DNA of 64,000 bases from Candidatus Levybacteria bacterium RIFCSPLOWO2_01_FULL_42_15 (GTDB lineage Bacteria; Patescibacteriota; Microgenomatia; Levybacterales; UBA12049): contig MFOZ01000019.1 in NCBI GenBank assembly GCA_001784055.1, forward strand, positions 18,593 through 82,592, in the 5' to 3' direction. The notes under the pieces are model-generated. The model saw only the letters and a list, made by a program, of their open reading frames with translations, made no database searches and was not told where the DNA came from. Positions 45,663 to 54,148 of the stretch are shown here, in pieces (positions within the stretch are counted from its first letter, which is position 1; each line of letters begins with the position of its first letter). The translations under genes and the position numbers were made by a program.

Positions 45663-47338
45663 TGTGGCGGTTTTACGCTATTGTTGCGGTCTTTTTGCTT
45701 TCTTTTCTTATTGTTATAGCAAGGCTTTTTTACTGGCAGGTTGTTCGCGCGGAAGAACTCTCTCTTTTTGGAGAAGCTCAGTATGAAAGAACTGTTGAGT
45801 TTTCTTCTCAGCGAGGAGAAATTTTTGCCTCTGACGGGTTTCCTCTTGTTGCAAGCACTCTTTCTTATCTTATCTACGCAAATCCTAAAGAGATAAAAGA
45901 TATAAAAAATGTTTCCGAAAAGCTTTCCAATATCCTTGGGACAGAACCATCTTCTGTAAGTGCTATGCTTTCTTTGGATCGTTTTTGGGTACCTGTAGCA
46001 TCATACGTAAGCATAGAGAAGAAAAACAAGATAAAAGAATTGAGCCTACAGGGAGTTGGGTTTGATGATCAATTCAGCAGATTTTATCCGGAAGCGTCTA
46101 TGTCCGCACACCTTACCGGTTTTGTAGGAAAAAACGACATAGGAGAAGATAAGGGGTATTTTGGATTAGAAGGGTATTACGATAGGCAGCTTAAAGGGAA
46201 GACGTTAAAGATAGTCCAAATAAAAGATGCTTATGAGAGACCAATTATTGCAAAAAGGGAGGTGGGTGTTGGAAATACAAAAGGCAGAGCGCTTGTTACG
46301 TCCGTGGATAGGGCTGTTCAGCACCTCGTAGAAGAAAAATTACATGAGGGAATCCAAAAGTACGGAGCAAGCGGCGGAATGATTGGAGTAATTGATCCTA
46401 CAAGCGGCAATATTATTGCCATGGCGTCGTATCCGACTTTTGATCAAAAGACATATCAAAGATACTCGGAGGAGTTCTATAAAAACCCTTTTATATCGGA
46501 TACATACGAGCCGGGTTCAACGTTTAAGACGCTTATTATGGCAGCGGGGCTAGATGCAAAAGTTGTTTTGCCAACAACCCGATGCCCAATATGCGAAGGT
46601 CCGGTGAATATTGGGGGATACACAATAAAAACATGGAACGACAAGTATTATAAAAATGCAACAATGATTGAGGTTCTTCAGCATTCTGATAACACCGGCA
46701 TGGTGTTTGTTGGGCAATCTCTTGGGCTTGAAAAGCTCGTATCATATCTTTCTCTCTTTGGGATTGGGCAGGCAACGGGAATAGATTTGCAAGGAGAGGC
46801 ACCATCAAGCATTCGACCAAAAGAGGAGTGGAGAAAAACGGATCTGGCTACCGCAAGCTTTGGACAAGGGATTTCTCTTACTCCCATACAGCTTTTATCA
46901 GCGTTTGCAAGCATTGCAAATAAAGGAGTGAGGATGAAGCCGCGCATCGTGTCAACAATTCATACATCAGGGGGAGAAAAAATTGAAATTAAGCCAAAAG
47001 TGCTTAGCCGTCCCCTATCGGAAAAAACGGCGAAAATTATGACAGAAATGTTGGTAAATGCGGTGAATAAAGGAGAGGCGGCATACCTTAAGCCTAAAGG
47101 GTATCGAGTTGCGGGAAAAACCGGAACCGCTCAAATTCCAGTAGGGGGAAAATATGATCTGGAGAAAACCATCGCCTCATTCATTGGTTTTGCCCCTGCA
47201 GACGATCCAAAATTTGCTATGCTTGTTATTTTTAACAAGCCAACATCGTCTATCTATGGATCAGAAACCGCAGCCCCCACTTTTTTTGAGATCGCAAAAA
47301 ATTTATTGGCGTACTACAAGATTCAGCCAACCGAATGA
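45662..47338 (+). CDS. ftsI: Peptidoglycan D,D-transpeptidase (class B PBP, FtsI)
   Basis: N-terminal TM. SxxK (GSTFK), SxN (HSDN), KTG (KTGTA) motifs. Confidence 0.85.
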   Translation: MWRFYAIVAVFLLSFLIVIARLFYWQVVRAEELSLFGEAQYERTVEFSSQRGEIFASDGFPLVASTLSYLIYANPKEIKDIKNVSEKLSNILGTEPSSVSAMLSLDRFWVPVASYVSIEKKNKIKELSLQGVGFDDQFSRFYPEASMSAHLTGFVGKNDIGEDKGYFGLEGYYDRQLKGKTLKIVQIKDAYERPIIAKREVGVGNTKGRALVTSVDRAVQHLVEEKLHEGIQKYGASGGMIGVIDPTSGNIIAMASYPTFDQKTYQRYSEEFYKNPFISDTYEPGSTFKTLIMAAGLDAKVVLPTTRCPICEGPVNIGGYTIKTWNDKYYKNATMIEVLQHSDNTGMVFVGQSLGLEKLVSYLSLFGIGQATGIDLQGEAPSSIRPKEEWRKTDLATASFGQGISLTPIQLLSAFASIANKGVRMKPRIVSTIHTSGGEKIEIKPKVLSRPLSEKTAKIMTEMLVNAVNKGEAAYLKPKGYRVAGKTGTAQIPVGGKYDLEKTIASFIGFAPADDPKFAMLVIFNKPTSSIYGSETAAPTFFEIAKNLLAYYKIQPTE

Positions 47339-47429
47339 CCTACTTATGAAACTTCTTTAATCACAGCTCCTGTCTCGTTATCTTTCATAACCGATAGAGA
47401 AGAGTAGCTAAAAAAGGTATAATACGGGT

Positions 47430-48689
47430 ATGTGGCAAGAGATTAAGAATGTATATCACTTGCTGGTTGCGGTTGCGGCGCAGGTGTGGTTTGGGTTTCC
47501 GTCAAGAAAGCTTAAGGTGATTGGGGTTACCGGAACCGATGGAAAGACAACTACGGTGAACCTGATTTATCATATACTACACACGTGCGGATATTCGGTC
47601 TCCATGATTTCAACCGTTGGAGCAATCATTAACGGAGAAAAAAAAGATCTTGGTTTTCATGTGACAAATCCTTCCTCATGGCAATTAAATTCCTTTATCA
47701 AGAAAGCGGCAGAAAAAAGTAGCTATCTTGTTCTTGAGGTTACATCTCACGGAATAGATCAGCATCGTATTTTTGGCATTCCTTTTGCAATTGGAGTGAT
47801 GACCAACGTTACAAACGAACATCTAGACTATCACAAAACGTATGATCGCTATCTTCAGACAAAAGTAAAATTGTTAAAACGATCCCGTATTGCCATTGTA
47901 AATCAGGATGACGGATCGCATAAAGCGATTATGCTGCTTCTTAAAGATGGAAACCGAATGGATCGAAAAGTAATTACGTATGGGAAGACGAAGTCTCCCA
48001 TGGTGAATCCGCTTGTCTACGCCTTTAAGACAAAATTGATCGGTAATTTTAATCGATCAAACGAGGGAGCTGCAATCGCAACTGTTCTTGCCCTAAACGT
48101 TAAGGAATCTTGCATCAAAGCCGCTTGTGAAAGCTTTGAGGCTCCAATTGGACGACAACAGGTAGTATATGAAGGCGATTTTACCGTAATGATTGATTTT
48201 GCCCACACCCCCAATGCTATTGAAGAGTTTCTACATTCGATCAAACCTGGTGTCAAGGGGAGACTCATTCACGTTTTTGGAAGCGCGGGAGAGCGCGACA
48301 GAAAGAAAAGACCAGAAATGGGAAAGGCATCAGCTAACTATTCGGATGTTATTATCTTAACTGCAGAGGATCCCCGGTCGGAATCGGTTGCAAAAATCAT
48401 AAACGAGATTGAATCAGGAATCGTTAATAATTCAAAATTCCCCGGCCTCGCTCCGCGAAGCCTCGCCAAAGGCGGGCGAAGCGGGACGGGCAAAATTCAA
48501 AGTGCAAAATTGTTCAAAATATCAAACAGACAGGAAGCAATCAATACTGCAATTAAAATAGCGCAAAAGGGAGATTTTGTTCTCGTTACGGGAAAAGGGC
48601 ATGAGAAGTCTATGAACTTTGGACGCGGAGAAATACCGTGGAGTGAATATGACAGCGTAAAAGAAGCACTTGTAGCAAGAAAATTATGA
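47430..48689 (+). CDS. murE: Mur ligase, MurE-like (UDP-MurNAc-L-Ala-D-Glu:diamino-acid ligase) with very short N-terminal domain and an in-frame repeat-element insertion
   Basis: P-loop VIGVTGTDGKTTT at residue about 33. EDPR (DNPR-like) motif. C-terminal insert KFPGLAPRSLAKGGRSGTGKIQSAK, encoded by the GC-rich element. Confidence 0.7.
   Translation: MWQEIKNVYHLLVAVAAQVWFGFPSRKLKVIGVTGTDGKTTTVNLIYHILHTCGYSVSMISTVGAIINGEKKDLGFHVTNPSSWQLNSFIKKAAEKSSYLVLEVTSHGIDQHRIFGIPFAIGVMTNVTNEHLDYHKTYDRYLQTKVKLLKRSRIAIVNQDDGSHKAIMLLLKDGNRMDRKVITYGKTKSPMVNPLVYAFKTKLIGNFNRSNEGAAIATVLALNVKESCIKAACESFEAPIGRQQVVYEGDFTVMIDFAHTPNAIEEFLHSIKPGVKGRLIHVFGSAGERDRKKRPEMGKASANYSDVIILTAEDPRSESVAKIINEIESGIVNNSKFPGLAPRSLAKGGRSGTGKIQSAKLFKISNRQEAINTAIKIAQKGDFVLVTGKGHEKSMNFGRGEIPWSEYDSVKEALVARKL
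48419..48487. repeat. GC-rich intragenic repeat element (copy inside murE), same family as 32329-32442
   Basis: See the 32329-32442 repeat feature. About 75% GC in roughly 30% GC surroundings. Flanked by aattcaaa(a/g) direct repeats. Confidence 0.85.
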
Positions 48690-50125
48690 AAAAGAAACAC
48701 ATCCACTTTGTTGGTATAAAAGGAGTGGGACTTGCTCCTCTTGCAATTATCGCTAAGGAAGCAGGATTTATAGTATCCGGATGCGATGTAGATGAGGAGT
48801 TTATTACGGATGAACTACTTAAGCTCTCTCGCATACAACCCATAAAGGGATTCTCCTCATCTCATCTTGGCAATGTGGATATGGTAATAACAACAGGCGC
48901 TCACGGGGGATTTGACAACCCGGAAGTACAAGAAGCAAAAAAAGGAGGAATAAAAGTTCTTACCCATGGAGAAGCGGTAGGGATGTTTATGAAAGGAGAA
49001 CTCTTTGGGAGATTCGATATGACAGGCATTTCCGTTGTTGGGTCTCACGGGAAAACAACCACAACGGCTCTTCTGGCAACAATTTTTTCTCAAAGCGGGC
49101 TTGATCCGAGTTATACCATTGGAACGTCTATTATTCCTTCGATTGGCGCATCAGGGCATTATGGGAATGGTAAATATTTTATAGCAGAGGCAGATGAATA
49201 CGCAACAGAGCCAGCTTATAACAAAACGCCAAAATTGCTTTGGCAGTATCCTTCAATAGCTGTTATTACCAATGTAGACTTTGATCACCCGGACGTTTTC
49301 AAAAATGAGGAAGATATAGCAATGGTGTTTAGGAAGTTTTTAGGAAATATTAAAAGAGATGGTATTCTTGTTCTTTATGGAGATGATCCGTATGCGGCAT
49401 TTTTAAAAAAGTCGTTTCCGGGGAAAACAATTACGTACGGATATTCGCCACAGAATGATTTTGTCTTAAGAAAAGCACGTTTTGGAGACAGGAGGACTTT
49501 TTTCTGGGTTGAGGCTCTGGGAACTAATCTTGGAGAGTTTTGCATTCATGTCATAGGTGAGCATAACGCGCTTAATGCAACGGGAGCAATAGCTGTTTCT
49601 TTAGAAGTAGGAATCGGAATTAATAAAATTAAAAAAGCGCTTATGACCTTTAGCGGATCAAAAAGACGATGTGAATTCATAGGTCAGAGTCGGTTTGGAT
49701 CCATTGTTATAGATGATTACGCTCACCATCCCACAGAGATAAAAAAGACGCTTATCGCTCTAAAAAAGGCATATCCCAAAAAACATATCGTTTGTATTTT
49801 TCAGCCCCATACGTTTTCCAGAACAAAAGCCTTATTTAATAAGTTTACTCATGCCTTTTCCGATGCTGATGAAGTTATCCTCATGGATATTTATCCCTCC
49901 TTGCGGGAAGAGCCCGATCCGGAGATTACGTCACAGTTTCTTGCTAACAAAATGAGTAAAATTCACAAGAGCGTAACATTTCTTTCTAAGGCTTGCGATG
50001 TGATACAATATGTAGCACAAAAAGAAACAGATTCTAGCTCACTTATTGTCACGATGGGGGCAGGTGACATATATAAGATTGCCCAAAAAGTTGCCCAAAA
50101 AAAGCCCTCGGTGTCTTCTCAATGA
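48686..50125 (+). CDS. murC: UDP-N-acetylmuramate--L-alanine ligase
   Basis: MurC-type N-terminus HFVGIKGVGLAPLAIIAKEAGFIVSGCDV. GSHGKTTTTA P-loop. C-terminal Mur ligase domain. Confidence 0.8.
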   Translation: MKKKHIHFVGIKGVGLAPLAIIAKEAGFIVSGCDVDEEFITDELLKLSRIQPIKGFSSSHLGNVDMVITTGAHGGFDNPEVQEAKKGGIKVLTHGEAVGMFMKGELFGRFDMTGISVVGSHGKTTTTALLATIFSQSGLDPSYTIGTSIIPSIGASGHYGNGKYFIAEADEYATEPAYNKTPKLLWQYPSIAVITNVDFDHPDVFKNEEDIAMVFRKFLGNIKRDGILVLYGDDPYAAFLKKSFPGKTITYGYSPQNDFVLRKARFGDRRTFFWVEALGTNLGEFCIHVIGEHNALNATGAIAVSLEVGIGINKIKKALMTFSGSKRRCEFIGQSRFGSIVIDDYAHHPTEIKKTLIALKKAYPKKHIVCIFQPHTFSRTKALFNKFTHAFSDADEVILMDIYPSLREEPDPEITSQFLANKMSKIHKSVTFLSKACDVIQYVAQKETDSSSLIVTMGAGDIYKIAQKVAQKKPSVSSQ

Positions 50126-50142
50126 AAAGAAATTTATAATAT

Positions 50143-51120
50143 ATGAAAGCTTTTTTAAGTGAATTAAAGAAGATATTAGGAGATAGGGTAAAAGAAAACG
50201 AACCGATGAGCCTGCATACTACCTTTAAGATAGGCGGTCCGGCGCGCTATTATATAGACATAGATTCAATAGAGGGTTTAGTAAAAGTAGTAACATTTGC
50301 AAAAAAAAGAAATCTTCCTGTTTTTATTTTTGGAGGCGGGTCAAATATCATAGTTTCCGATAGGGGAATAGATGGCCTTGTTATAAAAAATAACTGCAGG
50401 AAGTTTGAAATTAGAAGCATTGCAGGAAATGTAAAGGGAGCTGTAGCAAAGAGGAGTACCGTATCTATTTATGCGCAGTCCGGGGTAATTATGAATCAAC
50501 TTGTTCGATACACAATTGATCATGGAATGGGTGGGCTTGAATTCCATCTTGGGTTGCCCGGTACGGTTGGAGGAGCGCTTTTTATGAATTCGAATTTTCC
50601 CAAGAAGCAGTCCTACGTTGGCGATTCGTTGCAAAGCGCGACACTGCTTTGTCCTGATGGCTCAATAAAAGAGATAGACGCTTCCTACTTTAGGTTTTCA
50701 TATGATACCAGTATTCTTCAAAAAACCGGTGAAATTATCCTGTCGGCATTGTTTAAGCTTTCCTCTTGTGAAAAAGACGAATTATGGAGGCGAGGAACAG
50801 AAGCTCTTGATTACCGCTTGAGTACTCAGCCAAAAGGAGCTTCCGCCGGGTGCACGTTTCGCAATATTTCAATATCTGAGGCGTTTTCGATTCCTACACC
50901 AAACAATATAACATCGGCAGGATACCTTATTGACAAAGCAGGATTAAAAGGAAGACGGGTAGGGGATGCTATGGTTTCGCCAAAGCATGCAAATTTTATT
51001 CTTAACATGGGGAACGCAAAGGCGTCCGATGTAGTTGAGCTTACAAAATGCATTAAGGAAGAAGTATTTAAGAAGTTTAGTGTAAGTCTCATGTTTGAAG
51101 TACGGGTAATAGAATCTTAA
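50143..51120 (+). CDS. murB: UDP-N-acetylenolpyruvoylglucosamine reductase
   Basis: FAD-binding domain LHTTFKIGGPARYY. C-terminal MurB domain. 325 aa. Confidence 0.85.
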   Translation: MKAFLSELKKILGDRVKENEPMSLHTTFKIGGPARYYIDIDSIEGLVKVVTFAKKRNLPVFIFGGGSNIIVSDRGIDGLVIKNNCRKFEIRSIAGNVKGAVAKRSTVSIYAQSGVIMNQLVRYTIDHGMGGLEFHLGLPGTVGGALFMNSNFPKKQSYVGDSLQSATLLCPDGSIKEIDASYFRFSYDTSILQKTGEIILSALFKLSSCEKDELWRRGTEALDYRLSTQPKGASAGCTFRNISISEAFSIPTPNNITSAGYLIDKAGLKGRRVGDAMVSPKHANFILNMGNAKASDVVELTKCIKEEVFKKFSVSLMFEVRVIES

Positions 51121-51121
51121 T

Positions 51122-52459
51122 ATGGATAAATTTATTGTAAAAGGAGGAAAAGCGTTAGGAGGAGAAGTTGTTGTTTCCGGAGCAAAAAATGTTGCCCTTA
51201 AAACGCTTGTTGCGGCGTGTTTAACAGAAGAAGAAGTGGTAATAGAGAATGTTCCGCTTATCTCAGATTTTTTTGTAATGGTGGATTTGATTAAAGAACT
51301 TGGGGGAACGGTGGCCGTTGAGGACCATACTGCGCGTATAAAGGTTCCTCATATCGTATCTTCCAAGATATCCCTGGATAAAGCAGCAGAAGTAAGAACC
51401 TCGTCCATGTTCTTAGCGCCTCTTCTTGCGCGGCTTGGTAGAGCATCTATTCCTAACCCGGGGGGATGCAGAATAGGAGCACGGCCAATAGATCGAACCG
51501 TTGAGGGCATTAAAGCGTTAGGAGCAGATATTGCATATGAGAGTGGAGATGGATACTTTCACGCAAAGATAAAATCTGGTGCGAGACTTAAAGGAGTTTC
51601 TTATCGATTCGAAAAAAGTTCCCATACGGCAACAGAAACGCTTATGATTGCTTCTTCGTGTGCTTATGGGAAAACGGTTCTTGAAAATGCAGCGCAAGAG
51701 CCGGAGATTGACGAACTCATAGCTCTTTTAAACGCGATGGGTGCTCATATTCGCAGAATTTCTCCCAGAACAATTGAGATTATTGGAGTGAATAAGCTTC
51801 ATGGAGCGCGCTTTCGAATAGGTCCTGACAGAAACGAAGTGGTTACTTTTGCAATTGCCGCATACATCACCCAAGGAAATATTTTAGTAAGAGAAGCAAA
51901 AGCGTCTTACATACAAGAATTTCTTGATTTACTACAAGAGGCAGGCGCAGAATTTAAAGAAGAAAAAAATGGAATGCGTTTCTTTTCTAACGGTTCTCTT
52001 AAAGCGACAAGCATTATTACTTGTTCTTACCCTGGTTTCATGACTGATTGGCAAGGACCATGGGCAGTTCTCATGGCAAAAGCACAAGGAGAGTCAATAA
52101 TTCATGAGACGATATATGAAAACAGATTTGGATATGTGAGTGAATTGTTAAAAATGGGAGCAAGAATTGATCTGTTTACTCCTTCCGTCAGAAACCCAAG
52201 AGCGTTTTACAATTTTACTCTTCCTCAAAAACATGATCCTTACCACCACGCCATAAAAATTTATGGCCCGGCAAAATTACATAATGCGGCTGTACAGATT
52301 TCGGATTTACGAGCGGGAGCAACTCTTGTGCTTGCTGCTCTTGCCGCCTCAGGAGAAAGTGTTATATTTGGAGCCCATCACATTGATCGCGGGTACGAGC
52401 GATTTGAAGAAAGACTGCAAAGCGTTGGAGCGGATATCAAAAGAATGGTCGATGAATAA
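51122..52459 (+). CDS. murA: UDP-N-acetylglucosamine 1-carboxyvinyltransferase
   Basis: MDKFIVKGGKALGGEVVVSGAKNVALK. Catalytic Cys region NPGGCRIGARPID. 445 aa. Confidence 0.9.
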   Translation: MDKFIVKGGKALGGEVVVSGAKNVALKTLVAACLTEEEVVIENVPLISDFFVMVDLIKELGGTVAVEDHTARIKVPHIVSSKISLDKAAEVRTSSMFLAPLLARLGRASIPNPGGCRIGARPIDRTVEGIKALGADIAYESGDGYFHAKIKSGARLKGVSYRFEKSSHTATETLMIASSCAYGKTVLENAAQEPEIDELIALLNAMGAHIRRISPRTIEIIGVNKLHGARFRIGPDRNEVVTFAIAAYITQGNILVREAKASYIQEFLDLLQEAGAEFKEEKNGMRFFSNGSLKATSIITCSYPGFMTDWQGPWAVLMAKAQGESIIHETIYENRFGYVSELLKMGARIDLFTPSVRNPRAFYNFTLPQKHDPYHHAIKIYGPAKLHNAAVQISDLRAGATLVLAALAASGESVIFGAHHIDRGYERFEERLQSVGADIKRMVDE

Positions 52460-53216
52460 TATGAAAAGAGAAAGAAAAATTGGCGCCATAATTTTAGCGG
52501 CTGGGAAAGGCAAAAGAATGAAAATGCGACAGATTAACAAAGTAGCAATTCATATTGCGAATAAACCCATGGTTCTGCATACGGTACATATGTTGGAAAA
52601 GATAGCACTATCCCCAATTGTCGTTGTTATTGGGTTTGCTAAAGAATCAGTTATGAAGGCTCTTGCGGGAACATCGGTAATCTTTGCCGAGCAGAAAAAA
52701 CGATTAGGAACCGGTCGCGCAGCTCTTTGTGGATTGACTAAGCTCCCCAAAGATGTAGCTGATGTTCTAATTCTCAATGGTGATGATTCTGCGTTTTATA
52801 CCCCAAAGATCATAAAAGAGTTATACCAGAGACATCTCTTCTCTCAAGCGGCAATTACATTTCTTACGATTCAACTTGATAATCCCTTTGGACTTGGGAG
52901 AGTAATAAGAAATGAAAAAGGGAGTGTTGTTGCAATTGTTGAAGAAAAAGACGCAACAAGAGAAGAAAGAAAGATTAAAGAAATTAATCCGGCATGCTAC
53001 ATTTTTCGATCTGATTTTTTAAGAAACTTTATTAAACGAATTCCAAAAAGCTCGGTGACAGGGGAATATTATTTAGTGAGCTTAATAGAAATTGCTTTCA
53101 AGAACAATAAGAAAATAGAAACGCTTATAAAGAATTCCATCCTATGGAGAGGGGTCAATACGAGAGAAGAGCTTGCTTTGGCAGAACAACTCCTGCATCA
53201 AGTGAAGTCAATATGA
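52452..53216 (+). CDS. GlmU-like sugar-1-phosphate uridylyltransferase, nucleotidyltransferase domain only (no LbH acetyltransferase domain)
   Basis: GAIILAAGKGKRMK signature. About 250 aa. Ends before any hexapeptide-repeat domain. The start overlaps the murA stop; the Met at 52461 is an alternative start. Confidence 0.7.
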   Translation: MNNMKRERKIGAIILAAGKGKRMKMRQINKVAIHIANKPMVLHTVHMLEKIALSPIVVVIGFAKESVMKALAGTSVIFAEQKKRLGTGRAALCGLTKLPKDVADVLILNGDDSAFYTPKIIKELYQRHLFSQAAITFLTIQLDNPFGLGRVIRNEKGSVVAIVEEKDATREERKIKEINPACYIFRSDFLRNFIKRIPKSSVTGEYYLVSLIEIAFKNNKKIETLIKNSILWRGVNTREELALAEQLLHQVKSI

Positions 53217-53656
53217 AACAACAGATTTACATCGAACAACTTAAAAAATACTCTTTAGATGCAGTCACCGCTTTAAATAGTTTACTCATGCAATTAAACA
53301 ATCGCGCAACACCACTTACCAAAAGCGCCATTAGGGAGATGATGGACTCACCGGCAACTCGATTATTTGTAGCGAGAAGATTAGACAATAACCAAATAAT
53401 TGGCATATTGGCCATGATTGTATATCGCATCCCATACACAAAAAAAGGGTTGCTTGAAGATTTTGTAGTTGATGAAAAATATAGAAGATGCGGCATTGGT
53501 ACAAAGCTTGTTAAATTCGCTATTGATAAAGCGCAAAAAGAAGAACTTGCCTATCTTGATTTTACTTCTCGTCCAACAAGAGAAGCCGCAAGCAAGCTAT
53601 ATCAACGCCTTGGTTTTAAGAAACGAGATACCAATGTTTACCGAATAGGGCTATAG
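53213..53656 (+). CDS. GNAT-family N-acetyltransferase
   Basis: Acetyl-CoA binding motif FVVDEKYRRCGIGTKLV. ATGA start/stop overlap with the upstream GlmU-like gene. Confidence 0.75.
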   Translation: MKQQIYIEQLKKYSLDAVTALNSLLMQLNNRATPLTKSAIREMMDSPATRLFVARRLDNNQIIGILAMIVYRIPYTKKGLLEDFVVDEKYRRCGIGTKLVKFAIDKAQKEELAYLDFTSRPTREAASKLYQRLGFKKRDTNVYRIGL

Positions 53657-53657
53657 T

Positions 53658-54134
53658 ATGCAGTTGAAAAATAAAGTCATTCTTTTTGACATAGATTATA
53701 CGCTGTTTAATACAGACATCTTTAAAGAGACAAAATTGCAAAAGTACTCACTTTACGAAGAAGTTAAAGAGGCGCTTAATAATCTTTCAAAGATTGCTCG
53801 GCTTGGTATTTTTTCAGAAGGAGAAATTAGACTTCAAAAGACAAAATTGGAGAGCACAAATATCGCGGATTATTTTCAAAATGATTTAGTTCATATAATG
53901 ACTAGAAAGGATGATGAAATGGAAGATATAATTACTAGATACACGGACACAGCGCTGTTTCTTGTTGATGACAAGATAGATATTTTATATAAGACAAAGA
54001 AGCTTTTTCCTTCTGTTTTTACCGTTTGGATAAAAAGGGGAAAGTATGCAAAGTCACAGAAGCCTATTGATGGGTTTGAGCCTGATGCTATAATAAAAAC
54101 TTTGCAAGAAGTTATTCCTGTTGTTTCTACCTGA
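53658..54134 (+). CDS. HAD-like hydrolase (small)
   Basis: DxDxT motif (VILFDIDYTLF). LVDDK motif. Confidence 0.5.
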   Translation: MQLKNKVILFDIDYTLFNTDIFKETKLQKYSLYEEVKEALNNLSKIARLGIFSEGEIRLQKTKLESTNIADYFQNDLVHIMTRKDDEMEDIITRYTDTALFLVDDKIDILYKTKKLFPSVFTVWIKRGKYAKSQKPIDGFEPDAIIKTLQEVIPVVST

Positions 54135-54148
54135 TACTATTTTTTACT

